A stretch of DNA of 64,000 nucleotides from an uncultured Nitrososphaerales archaeon. GTDB lineage: Archaea > Thermoproteota > Nitrososphaeria > Conexivisphaerales > DTJL01. Positions 1 to 8,619 of this stretch are shown here, in pieces. Position 1 is the stretch's first letter. Each line of letters starts with the position of its first letter. A program made the position numbers and the translations under genes. The notes below the pieces were generated by a model that saw only the letters and a list, made by a program, of their open reading frames with translations, did not search any database and was not told where the DNA came from. The DNA lies in NCBI GenBank assembly GCA_964475215.1, contig CAYYVT010000187.1:3506-67505 (forward strand), read 5' to 3'.

Positions 1-1922
1 TGCCGACCGTCTTCATCTCAGAGAAGGAGTGTGGGATAACGAAGGAACGGAGGAGGAAGATGCTGCGGAAGGGTCCCAAGACCGAATTCGTAAATGTGAC
101 CCCCGAAGTTTGCGAAAACTGCCGGGAGTGCACTATGAACACGGGATGCCCTGGTCTGGCTCTCACCGACACCATCTATGGCCAGAAGGTCGCCATTGAC
201 CTCTCCATTTGCACCGAGGACGCCTACTGCGCCAAGATTGAGGCATGTCCTTCGTTCGAGCGAGTCAAGGTCAGCTACTCGGGAGGTCTTCCCAAGGAGA
301 GGTTGCCTGACGGCGAGCTGGCGGACATCCCCGAGCCCGCCAAAAAGATCGACTTTGAGGACACCTACTCTATCTACACGGGCTCGTTTGGAGGGATGGG
401 GGGAGGGCTCAACACGGTGATTTTGGCAAGGGCGGCCGCAAAGCAGGGATACAATAGAGGGCAATGGATAGGGCATGACAAGAAGGGATTGGCCGTTAGG
501 AACGGGGGAGTCTACAGTCATGTCATATTTCAGAAGGGGAAGACGAATACGTCGCCGGTGATTTCCGCGGGAAGGGCGAACCTCATCAACGGCCTCGACA
601 AACTCGAAGGAACTAGGGGCATGAAGTATGCCAACGAATCTACAGTTTTCATATCCAACGAAACGGCACTTCCCACCATACCGATGCTCGCCGGCGAAGA
701 GGACTATCCCGACGACGTCGACGAAAGAATCAGGGGAAAGGTGGGCAAGGACGATTACTTCGGTCTCCCGGTGTCGGAGATAACCGAGTTCTACCTCGGG
801 AGCAAGATCTATTCCAACATGGTCATGCTCGGGATGACGTATCAGTTGGGATTGCTTCCGCTGGACCTAGTCAACCTCGAAGATTCAATCGTCCAATCCG
901 CCAAGGCGGGAAAGCAGACTAACATCAGGGCGTTCAGGCTCGGGAGGAAGCTCGTCGCCGACAGGAGCTTCGCCGACAAGCTGACCAACAACCCTGAATT
1001 CCTTCTCTTGTATGACGAAAGAGAATGGTTTTCAAGGTTGACTTTGGACGACGTGATCAGGGAGAAGAAGGAGTATATCCGCGATTATTACTTCTTCAAG
1101 TCAAGAGGGGAGAAGGCTGCCAGAGAATACCAGGCATTGATCGAATCCACCGCTTCCAAGATGGCGCTCGATGTCACCGATACCAAGGATTTGGCGGTGC
1201 GTGCCTATGATCTGATTAGATGGGGAAACCTCGAGTATGCAAAGAAATACGTCCAGAGGGTCTCGGAAGTCCATGCTATCGACAGCCGGGAGAACGGATT
1301 CACAGCTACAAAGGCCGTCCTGCGTAACCTCTACAAAGTCATGGCGATCAAAGACGAACTCTGGGTTGCCGAATTGCTTCTGGCTAAAGAGAAGACTGAT
1401 AGGGATAGGGTTAGGTATAACGTCGATTTCAGCAGGGGAGACTCCATTGAATACATCCATCTTAACCGTCCACAGCTGGACATATATGTCGGCAGCGTGC
1501 TTGCTCGAGGCTTCGGGGCGCTAACAAAACGCATCCCGAATCCGACCGGTAAGAGGATCGAGCTAGGCGTTTCGAAGAACGAGCTGAGGGTGAGGTTCGA
1601 TATGAACACGTCGACCTTCTCGCTCAAGTCCATCAGACGCCTCAAGTTCCTGAGAGGAGTTATTTTCAGGCACAAGAAAGAGGAGACCTTCAGGGATTGG
1701 TATGCGGGAGAAGTAATCGACCAGTTCATAAGAGGCTCTTACAAGGATTACCAAGCCGCCGTCAACACGCTGAGCATGCCGCTGGAGCTAAGCGTGCCCA
1801 ATCATGCAAAAGGAGTGACAGGCTTCAGAGAGGTCATCTATCCCAAGATGGAGCTTGCGAAATATGTGTACACGGCAAGCCTCAGGTCCGCGAAGGACGT
1901 GCCCCAGATACTCAGCCGTTGA
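1..1922 (+). CDS. indolepyruvate/2-oxoacid:ferredoxin oxidoreductase, fused large type (5' end cut by window edge)
   Basis: Frame 3 is open from nt 3 with no stop before the first ATG at 60, so the gene continues upstream. Cys-rich ferredoxin-like block (CENCRECTMNTGCPG...CAKIEACPS) is followed by a POR/IOR gamma-type domain (GSFGGMGGGLNTVILARAAAKQGY). Confidence 0.75.
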   Translation, partial: PTVFISEKECGITKERRRKMLRKGPKTEFVNVTPEVCENCRECTMNTGCPGLALTDTIYGQKVAIDLSICTEDAYCAKIEACPSFERVKVSYSGGLPKERLPDGELADIPEPAKKIDFEDTYSIYTGSFGGMGGGLNTVILARAAAKQGYNRGQWIGHDKKGLAVRNGGVYSHVIFQKGKTNTSPVISAGRANLINGLDKLEGTRGMKYANESTVFISNETALPTIPMLAGEEDYPDDVDERIRGKVGKDDYFGLPVSEITEFYLGSKIYSNMVMLGMTYQLGLLPLDLVNLEDSIVQSAKAGKQTNIRAFRLGRKLVADRSFADKLTNNPEFLLLYDEREWFSRLTLDDVIREKKEYIRDYYFFKSRGEKAAREYQALIESTASKMALDVTDTKDLAVRAYDLIRWGNLEYAKKYVQRVSEVHAIDSRENGFTATKAVLRNLYKVMAIKDELWVAELLLAKEKTDRDRVRYNVDFSRGDSIEYIHLNRPQLDIYVGSVLARGFGALTKRIPNPTGKRIELGVSKNELRVRFDMNTSTFSLKSIRRLKFLRGVIFRHKKEETFRDWYAGEVIDQFIRGSYKDYQAAVNTLSMPLELSVPNHAKGVTGFREVIYPKMELAKYVYTASLRSAKDVPQILSR

Positions 1923-2162
1923 AATTGTGTCATCCTTGTGGCCGTTCTCCCGGAGGGGTTGAGAGCCGGTTCACCACGTATCGTAGTATTCCATAGGCTA
2001 CAACGGAGAGCTCGAATAACACGATGATAATCACAATTGTAAACAGGGTATCGTTAAGGGACACAGAGTTTGGCTACTGGGCGCAGCTTAAAAGCTCAGC
2101 GGGAATGGCAGCATGTGTAATTTCATGCGGTTTCGACTCTTGCGATGACTGGCCAAGGTGCA

Positions 2163-2250
2163 TGGTGCGGGGGGTGGGATTCGAACCCACGAACTCCTAC
2201 GAGATGAGGTCCTGAGCCTCACGCCTTTGACCAGGCTGGGCGACCCCCGC
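2163..2250 (-). tRNA. tRNA-Leu(CAG), class II, intronless, CCA encoded
   Basis: Reverse complement reads GCGGGGG UC GCC CAGCCUGGUCAAA GGC G UGAGG CUCAGGA CCUCA, then a long variable arm, GUGGG UUCGAAU CCCAC CCCCCGC A CCA. Anticodon loop is CUCAGGA. Confidence 0.9.
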
Positions 2251-2436
2251 CTAGGCCTAGACCTCGAAGAATCTGGTTGTAAAAGCTTTTTGTGAAGGGT
2301 CCTGACTTAAACCTTCAAGTTAGGTGCTGAAAATATGTAAACCAATGGTGGTCAAGCTTGCCCAAGTATTTTGTGAGTTGATGTTGACCCCAAGGGGTAT
2401 ATCGAAGAAGGCCCCCAAATTGCCTGCGAAGCAAAT

Positions 2437-2895
2437 TTGGACACGTGGCTATACATCGCCATAGCGGTCGCAGCCTTAATCATAATCGCGCTCGCCGTGT
2501 CGCTAGGTTATAGAAGCAGATCCAAGGCAGCCCCGATGGCCGCCGGACCTGCGCCTGTTTCTACCTTGGCGCCTCCGGCTCCAATGGCTGCCCAACCGGC
2601 TCCTGAGCCCATCAAAGAAGAAACACAACCGCCGCAACCAGAGCCCGTCCCGGAGCCGGTTCACGTGGTTGAGGCGCCAGTAGCTCCTGCGCCAGCGCCT
2701 GAGCCCGTGGTCGAGAAGCCGATTGAAGTCACTCCGGTGATGGCCGCCCCCGAACCCGTCGTAGAGACAGCACCTGCGATGCAAACGATGGATTCAACCC
2801 CTGCACCAGAGCCCAAGCCTGCCATAAAGAGAGTCAGGAGCACGAAGCCCCGCAAGCCGCGGACCACTAAGGCGAAAAAAGGGACAAAGACATAA
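2437..2895 (+). CDS. membrane-anchored Pro/Ala/Glu-rich low-complexity protein with basic C-terminal tail
   Basis: TTG start. One N-terminal hydrophobic helix (WLYIAIAVAALIIIALAVSLGY), about 100 aa of PAPEPV-type low complexity, then KRVRSTKPRKPRTTKAKKGTKT. Confidence 0.55.
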   Translation: MDTWLYIAIAVAALIIIALAVSLGYRSRSKAAPMAAGPAPVSTLAPPAPMAAQPAPEPIKEETQPPQPEPVPEPVHVVEAPVAPAPAPEPVVEKPIEVTPVMAAPEPVVETAPAMQTMDSTPAPEPKPAIKRVRSTKPRKPRTTKAKKGTKT

Positions 2896-2946
2896 GCTGG
2901 CTAATGCGTAAAGCAGATGGCTCGATGTGCATGGCTACGTTGTGTG

Positions 2947-3297
2947 ATGGAGGAAGGCAACTTGAAGAGCAAGAAGATTGACCGGGAGCTCGTCTATTCG
3001 CTTACTAAGCAAGTACCAAAGGGAATGGTCACCAGCTATGGAGGCCTGGCGGCCGCGGTGGGGAGACCAGAAGCTGCCAGGGCCATAGGAAGCATCATGC
3101 ACGTCAATCCCTATGCCCCGATTGTCCCATGCCATAGAGTGGTGCATAAGGACGGCCGAATTGGAGGATTCGGCGATAAGCGAGGCGTAGCTAGGAAGAT
3201 TGAACTGCTTGCTTCAGAAGGGGTGTTCGTGGAAAACGGAAGGATCAAGGGCTTCGAAAAAATTTACTTTGACAGATTCCGGATACGGGAACAATAG
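2947..3297 (+). CDS. ogt: methylated-DNA-protein-cysteine methyltransferase (MGMT/Ogt) DNA-binding/active-site domain protein
   Basis: Active-site motif IVPCHRVV in the expected context (GGLAAAVGRPEAARAIGSIMHVNPYAPIVPCHRVVHKDGRIGGF). The ORF opens at 2917, but ATG 2947 is the more likely start. Confidence 0.8.
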   Translation: MEEGNLKSKKIDRELVYSLTKQVPKGMVTSYGGLAAAVGRPEAARAIGSIMHVNPYAPIVPCHRVVHKDGRIGGFGDKRGVARKIELLASEGVFVENGRIKGFEKIYFDRFRIREQ

Positions 3298-3329
3298 CCT
3301 CATGGGCCGCATAGGTACCGGGTCTGGGA

Positions 3330-5477
3330 TTACAGCTTAAGCAGTATCCTAGCGTCCAGCGCTTTGCATCCCTTCCCGTCTTCAAAGACCACGAATGGGT
3401 TGACGTCCAGCTCGTTGACCCTCTGAAGTTCAACGGCCATCTGTGAAAGCCTTTCGAGATATTCTATCAGCTTGTCGGTGTCACCTTTCTTGGCCCCTCT
3501 GAATCCGGCAAGGAGTTGGCTTGCCTTCGTTGAATTGATCATGTTCTGGGCCCCCAGTTCTCTAATGGGGGCAAGTCGAAAGGATACGTCCTTGTAGAGC
3601 TCCACTGCGGTGCCCCCCGTGCCGAATACGATGATGGGGCCGAATTGAGGGTCCCTCCTCATGCCGAGGAGTGTCTCTATACCCTTCCCGGCCATCGCGT
3701 AGACTCCTACCCCCCAGATGTCAGCCTTGGGGCAGTTTGTCTTGACTGAGGTAATGATGTCTTCGTAGGCGTGCCGTAATCCGTCAGGATCTTGGACTCC
3801 GACCTTGACCCCGCCTACATCGGTCTTGTGGACGATGTCGGGCGAGACGACCTTCAGGACGACTGGGTATCCTATTCTCTGTGCCTTCTCAAGCGCGTCT
3901 TCGAGGTTCCTGCCAAGGGCATGTTTAGGAACGTCGAATCTGTATGCTTCAAGCACGTCATATGCCTCTAGGTCGGTCATCACTTCCCTCCTCTCTTTAA
4001 TCACCTCGTTGATGATTCTCTCTGCCTTCGCCCTGTCGACGTCTCGAAACGTCCTCACCTCGGTCCTACGGCGAAGGACCCAGCTTTCGTATCTCTGCAT
4101 CATGGCGAGGGCCCTCACCGCGGACTCGGAGAACTCGTAGACTGGGACCTTGTTATCTTCGTTGTTTTCTAGGAGGACTACCCCTTCATCGTCAGCTGGA
4201 GCACCGGGGAACGAAGCCATTACCGTCTTTTCGGTCTTGCCGGCTGCCTTAGCTATGGCTCTTGCGATGGCCTTGGTGTCCGTCATCAGCTGCCTGGTGG
4301 CTATGATGATGAGAGAATCTACGTTGGGTTCCTTGACCATGGCCTGGATGGTCCTTTCATAGCGAACTTCGTCAGCATCTCCGATCATGTCAACAGGGTT
4401 GTTCAGGGCAGCAGCCGGAGGGAGGAAGGATTTTAGCAACGAAATTGTTTCAGGTGATAACGCGGGTATGGACATGCCGTACCTTATGCATGCATCGGTC
4501 GTTAGGATGCCAGGGCCGCCCGCATTGGTGACTATTCCCACCCTGTTGCTCTTAGGGATAGGTTGCCTTGCAAAGGCTATCGCATAATCAAAGAGCTCAG
4601 CGGTGAATTCGACTCGCAGGACGCCACTTTGCAGGAAGATAGCGTCGTACACCTCGTCAGAGCCCGTCAGTGATCCCGTGTGAGAAGAGGCAGCCTTGGC
4701 GCCAGCTGCCGTGCGTCCTGCCTTTAGAGCCAATATGGGTTTTCCGATGGTGTCCGTCACAGTCCTTGCAGTCTCAATGAAACCCCGACCGTCCACGAGG
4801 TCCTCTAGGTAGAGCAGAATCACCTTCGTGAGGGGATCGTTGGCCAACGCCTTCAGGAGGTCCAGCTCGTTGAGCACTGCCTTGTTTCCCAAGCTTACGA
4901 CCTTGGATATGCCTATGTTGCGTGACGAAGCGTAATCCATCAGCGACACGCCTAGGGCGCCGCTTTGTGAAACGATGGCTATGTTGCCTGACCTAGGGAT
5001 TCGTTTAGCGAAAGTCGCATTCAGCTGAACCTTCGGGTCCATGTTGCCAAGCCCTAGGCAGTTAGGACCGATTAATGGGAGATCGTAGGATTTGGCTGCT
5101 TGTTTCACAGCTTCTTCGAGCTTAGCGCCCTCGGCACCTGTTTCCTTGAAGCCAGCGCTTATTACGACCACGCCCTTGACGCCCTTCTTCCCACATTCAA
5201 TAACGGATTGCGGGACTAGCTTGCTGGGGATGCAAACGACCACCAAGTCAACGGGGTCGGGTATGTCCAAGATAGATGGATATGCCCGTACTCCAAGGAT
5301 GGAATGGGCAGTCAGGCTGACCGGATATACAACTCCTTTGAAGGTAGCCTTCAGGATGTTGGAGAAGACTGCGTAGCCTACGCTCTCCACCTTGGGAGAC
5401 GCGCCAACCACGGCTACGGAAGTAGGGCTCATAAAGGCACCAAGCCGCTTGAAGGCGTCATCAAGGGTTGTCGACAT
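3330..5477 (-). CDS. acetyl-CoA synthetase (ADP-forming), fused alpha/beta subunits (acetate-CoA ligase, NDP-forming)
   Basis: 715 aa. N-terminal CoA-binding/succinyl-CoA-synthetase-like part (VAVVGASPK...GPNCLG...SQSGA...HTGSLTG) and a C-terminal ATP-grasp part. Confidence 0.85.
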   Translation of the reverse strand: MSTTLDDAFKRLGAFMSPTSVAVVGASPKVESVGYAVFSNILKATFKGVVYPVSLTAHSILGVRAYPSILDIPDPVDLVVVCIPSKLVPQSVIECGKKGVKGVVVISAGFKETGAEGAKLEEAVKQAAKSYDLPLIGPNCLGLGNMDPKVQLNATFAKRIPRSGNIAIVSQSGALGVSLMDYASSRNIGISKVVSLGNKAVLNELDLLKALANDPLTKVILLYLEDLVDGRGFIETARTVTDTIGKPILALKAGRTAAGAKAASSHTGSLTGSDEVYDAIFLQSGVLRVEFTAELFDYAIAFARQPIPKSNRVGIVTNAGGPGILTTDACIRYGMSIPALSPETISLLKSFLPPAAALNNPVDMIGDADEVRYERTIQAMVKEPNVDSLIIIATRQLMTDTKAIARAIAKAAGKTEKTVMASFPGAPADDEGVVLLENNEDNKVPVYEFSESAVRALAMMQRYESWVLRRRTEVRTFRDVDRAKAERIINEVIKERREVMTDLEAYDVLEAYRFDVPKHALGRNLEDALEKAQRIGYPVVLKVVSPDIVHKTDVGGVKVGVQDPDGLRHAYEDIITSVKTNCPKADIWGVGVYAMAGKGIETLLGMRRDPQFGPIIVFGTGGTAVELYKDVSFRLAPIRELGAQNMINSTKASQLLAGFRGAKKGDTDKLIEYLERLSQMAVELQRVNELDVNPFVVFEDGKGCKALDARILLKL

Positions 5478-5582
5478 CTTCAGCCCTCCATGCCCCTCAC
5501 GCGTCGTGTGGCTTTAACCGTAACCGTCGAGACGGGGTGTAAGGTAAATATACCGTCAGTATGTAGGGACGTCTGCCGGGAG

Positions 5583-5711
5583 GCCGGGATTCAGCGTCAG
5601 GCCCGACAGCTCAGCCTGGTTAGAGCGCCAGCCTCCATCGAAGGCGATACTCATAATCTGGAGGTGGACGCGTGCCACCAGAAGTCGAGGGTTCGAAACC
5701 CTCTCCCGGCA
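5583..5711 (+). tRNA. tRNA-Met/Ile2(CAU) interrupted by three introns (5591-5607, 5632-5648, 5664-5683)
   Basis: Acceptor GCCGGGA (5583-5589) pairs with UCCCGGC (5704-5710). D arm is GCUC-AGCCUGGUUA-GAGC, anticodon loop CUCAUAA, T arm GAGGG-UUCGAAA-CCCUC. Removing the three segments gives a canonical 75-nt cloverleaf, and each junction lies in a bulge-helix-bulge with a perfect 4-bp central helix (details in findings). Confidence 0.75.
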
Positions 5712-5785
5712 CCTCCCTACTTCTGATGTGTTTGCAGTTGTAAGCTTTAATAATTGTAGAGGTCGAGGGAGATGTTGCTTGATAT

Positions 5786-5896
5786 ATGTCCCCAGCTGAT
5801 TTCTTCTCGTTTGCAGGGACGATGACGTTTGCTATCTTGGTGGCGGCCGTCATAGCCCTATTCATCTACGAGCATTACGCCGCGAAGAAGAAGTAA
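5786..5896 (+). CDS. possible 36-aa single-pass membrane mini-protein
   Basis: ATG ORF MSPADFFSFAGTMTFAILVAAVIALFIYEHYAAKKKK, a hydrophobic helix plus a basic tail, in otherwise empty intergenic space. Too short for the ORF track. Supported by sequence appearance only. Confidence 0.25.
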   Translation: MSPADFFSFAGTMTFAILVAAVIALFIYEHYAAKKK

Positions 5897-5907
5897 GACA
5901 CTGATCA

Positions 5908-8619
5908 ATGTTGGCGATGGCCGCCGATCAAGCTTTTCATATCCTCCTTTCTAGGGCAGGAATAAGCACCCCTACTCCGATTCAGAAAAAGGCTTGGCCC
6001 GTGGTGGTCAGACGAAAGAATTCCCTCATTTCAGCGCCGACCGGCTCGGGGAAGACCGAAGCCGCTATGTTCCCCGTGCTGGTGACCCTAGCTGCCACTG
6101 GAAGAACTGGAGGAATTCGAGCGATTTACATAACCCCGTTGAGGGCCCTGAACCGTGATCTTCTGGTTAGGCTGACTGAATACACAGAATCGGTCGGGCT
6201 AAAGGTGGCAGTCAGGCATGGCGACTCCTCCGAATCGGCTAGACGGAAGAGCCTAGTTAACCCTCCAGACCTTTTGATAACGACGCCAGAGACGCTGGGA
6301 ATCCTGTTATCCTCCAGAAAATTCAAGGAGAACCTGAAATCCGTAGAGTGGGTCGTGGTGGACGAAGTCCATGAGCTCGTGAACAACAAGAGAGGTGCCC
6401 ACTTGGCTCTCAGCCTCGAGCGTCTCTGTGAACTTGCTCAGAAGACCCCCGTCAGGATTGGAATTTCCGCTACAGTTGGAGACCTCAACCAAGCGGCTAG
6501 GTTTATAGTCGGCAGTCGGGGGGATTATTCCATAATAACGGATCCCGTGCCAAGGGAATATGATATACAGCCAATTCTGCTCAACGGGGATCTCAGGGCA
6601 GTTGCGAATTACATCGTGAGAGACGTAGCCGAGAAGGATTATGGTACGGTTCTGGTCTTCGCCAATACTAGGGACGAAGTCGAAATAATCGCCGCTCTCA
6701 TCAAGGAAAAGGGTGAACCCGGTGTCGGCGTTCATCATGGATCGCTCTCGAAAGAGATAAGGGAGGAGGCGGAAAGCCTTCTGAAGACAGGGAAGCTCAG
6801 GATCGTCGTAGCGACTTCTTCGCTCGAACTAGGGTTGGATATCGGAGACATCGCTAACGTCTATCAGGTCAACTCGCCGAGGCAAGTCGTGAAGCTCGCT
6901 CAACGAATAGGGAGGAGCTTTCATGAGGTCGGACACAGAGCCCAGGGGACCATCCTATGCACCGACGCTGACAACTACGTTGAGAGTCTGGCTTTGGTTA
7001 AGCGTCTAAAGGAAGGTAGCATCGAGAGGGTCGGGCCCTTGACTCAGCCTCTTGATGTCTTGGCCCACCAAGTAGTCGGTACCACCATCGAGAGATGGAA
7101 GCTTTCAAGTGTCGACTTCCTGACCATGGTAAGGCGAGCATATCAATACGAGGACTTGGACGACAAGACCTTCGAAGATGTTACGACGATTCTGTCGGGT
7201 AATTACCTGATTTGGAGGGATGGAGAAATCATCAAGGGACGCGGGAAGAAGACGTACGAGTTCTATTTCTCAAACGTATCAATGATTCCTGAGGTGGAAA
7301 ATTATGATGTAGTAGAACTCCTGAGCAGGAAGAGGGTGGGTTCGCTGGATGAGAAGTTCGTAGCGGAGAACGTAGAGCAGAGCCAATCAATCATACTCCG
7401 CGGCGAACCTTGGCATGTCGTCTCGATTGATGATCATGAGGCAAGAGTGTTTGTCGAACGGACTAAGACGATGGCGGGAGCCATCCCAATATGGTCGGGC
7501 GAAATGATTCCCGTCGAACGGGAGACCGCAGAGATGGTCGGGGAGATGAGGAGACAGGCCCCAGGAGAGGATGATGACCTGCGAAAGTACTGTGACGGGA
7601 TTACGAGAGAGCTGGGCATGGTCCCAAGTCCGAGCAACATTGTGATTGAAGTAGGAAGAGGAGGTGCTGTGATACATTCCTGCTTTGGAACCAGGATAAA
7701 CAGCACGCTAGAGAAGGTGGTCTCCGCAATGATTAGGGGATTATTTGGCGGCATGCCACAATCGATGAGCGATCCTTACAGGATTCTGATTGTAAGTCAG
7801 CCTTCCATCAGCGGAGAGAGGTTGAAAGAGCTCATCTTGCAGGTGAAGGACTTGGAGGCCGTTGCCATCCCGGAGATTACTTCTTACAGGGTGTTTCAGT
7901 ACACGATATGGCAGGTCGCCAAGCGGTTTGGCCTATTGGATAGAACGGCCAAGTACGATAGAAGGGCCGCGAAGGTGATAATGGAGAGATATATCCACAC
8001 TCCGGTCTACATCGAAGCCCTCAACGAAGTCCTGCAGAGGAAGTATGATTTCGAGGGAACAAGGGACATCCTGAGTCGTGTGCAAGACGGCCGGATTGGA
8101 ATGAATGTAATTGAGGTTGAGCGTTACTCGTCGTTGGCCTCAAGAATTGTGGATGATGCGATCGACCGCGGCGTTGAAGGCCCAGAGAGGGCCGTTGAAA
8201 AGCTGAAGGAGAGGTTAAGCGTGCGCCATGTAAAGCTGGTTTGCCTCACGTGCGGCCGGTGGAGCAGTGTCGTAAAGGCCTTCGAGGCTCCAGACCGTTT
8301 AAGATGCAAGATTTGCGGATCCAAGATGATAGCCATAACTTCACCTTATGATACGATGACGGAGAAGGTCGCGGAGAAGAAGGCGAAGAAGAAACCGCTG
8401 GCTGATGAAGAAGACAAACGGTTTAGGAAGGCTTGGAAGGCGGCGGCCCTAGGTATCTCCTTCGGACGAAAGGCGGCGATTGCGATGTCCTGCTATGGAG
8501 TGGGGGAAGATACGGCCGCACGAATCCTGCGGCAATCCGCTACCGAGGAGGATATGTTCTTGAACCTCTACTATGCGGAAAGGAACTTCCTCCTGTATCG
8601 CCAATACTGGGACAGCTAG
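5908..8619 (+). CDS. lhr: Lhr-type large ATP-dependent DEAD/DEAH-box helicase
   Basis: 903 aa. Motif I APTGSGKTEAA; motif II VVVDEVHELVNNKRGAHLALSLERL, typical of the Lhr core; C-terminal Cys4 ribbon (CLTCGRW...CKICGSK). Confidence 0.8.
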   Translation: MLAMAADQAFHILLSRAGISTPTPIQKKAWPVVVRRKNSLISAPTGSGKTEAAMFPVLVTLAATGRTGGIRAIYITPLRALNRDLLVRLTEYTESVGLKVAVRHGDSSESARRKSLVNPPDLLITTPETLGILLSSRKFKENLKSVEWVVVDEVHELVNNKRGAHLALSLERLCELAQKTPVRIGISATVGDLNQAARFIVGSRGDYSIITDPVPREYDIQPILLNGDLRAVANYIVRDVAEKDYGTVLVFANTRDEVEIIAALIKEKGEPGVGVHHGSLSKEIREEAESLLKTGKLRIVVATSSLELGLDIGDIANVYQVNSPRQVVKLAQRIGRSFHEVGHRAQGTILCTDADNYVESLALVKRLKEGSIERVGPLTQPLDVLAHQVVGTTIERWKLSSVDFLTMVRRAYQYEDLDDKTFEDVTTILSGNYLIWRDGEIIKGRGKKTYEFYFSNVSMIPEVENYDVVELLSRKRVGSLDEKFVAENVEQSQSIILRGEPWHVVSIDDHEARVFVERTKTMAGAIPIWSGEMIPVERETAEMVGEMRRQAPGEDDDLRKYCDGITRELGMVPSPSNIVIEVGRGGAVIHSCFGTRINSTLEKVVSAMIRGLFGGMPQSMSDPYRILIVSQPSISGERLKELILQVKDLEAVAIPEITSYRVFQYTIWQVAKRFGLLDRTAKYDRRAAKVIMERYIHTPVYIEALNEVLQRKYDFEGTRDILSRVQDGRIGMNVIEVERYSSLASRIVDDAIDRGVEGPERAVEKLKERLSVRHVKLVCLTCGRWSSVVKAFEAPDRLRCKICGSKMIAITSPYDTMTEKVAEKKAKKKPLADEEDKRFRKAWKAAALGISFGRKAAIAMSCYGVGEDTAARILRQSATEEDMFLNLYYAERNFLLYRQYWDS

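Noticed and set aside
18-521. Long antisense or overlapping ORFs in the supplied track, for example 18..521(-), 22587..23117(+), 25780..26313(+), 36795..37478(+), 47100..47672(-), 47488..48003(+), 35774..36241(-) and 43080..43310(-).
   Set aside because: Each lies inside or opposite a gene with strong family motifs and has a biased, low-complexity composition (Arg, Ser, Pro and Gly rich). That is typical of shadow frames in DNA of about 50% GC or higher, and none has a recognisable motif.
2166-2193. A roughly 28-nt identical stretch (GCGGGGGGTGGGATTCGAACCCACGAA) shared between 2166-2193 and 27133-27160.
   Set aside because: It is the shared acceptor and T arm of two tRNA-Leu isoacceptors, so it reflects paralogy and not a mobile repeat or att site.
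2560-2830. Repetitive GC-rich nucleotide pattern (CCNGMNCC periodicity) that could look like a tandem repeat or CRISPR-like array.
   Set aside because: There is no constant-length repeat and spacer structure. The pattern is the codon-level image of the PAPEPV low-complexity protein.
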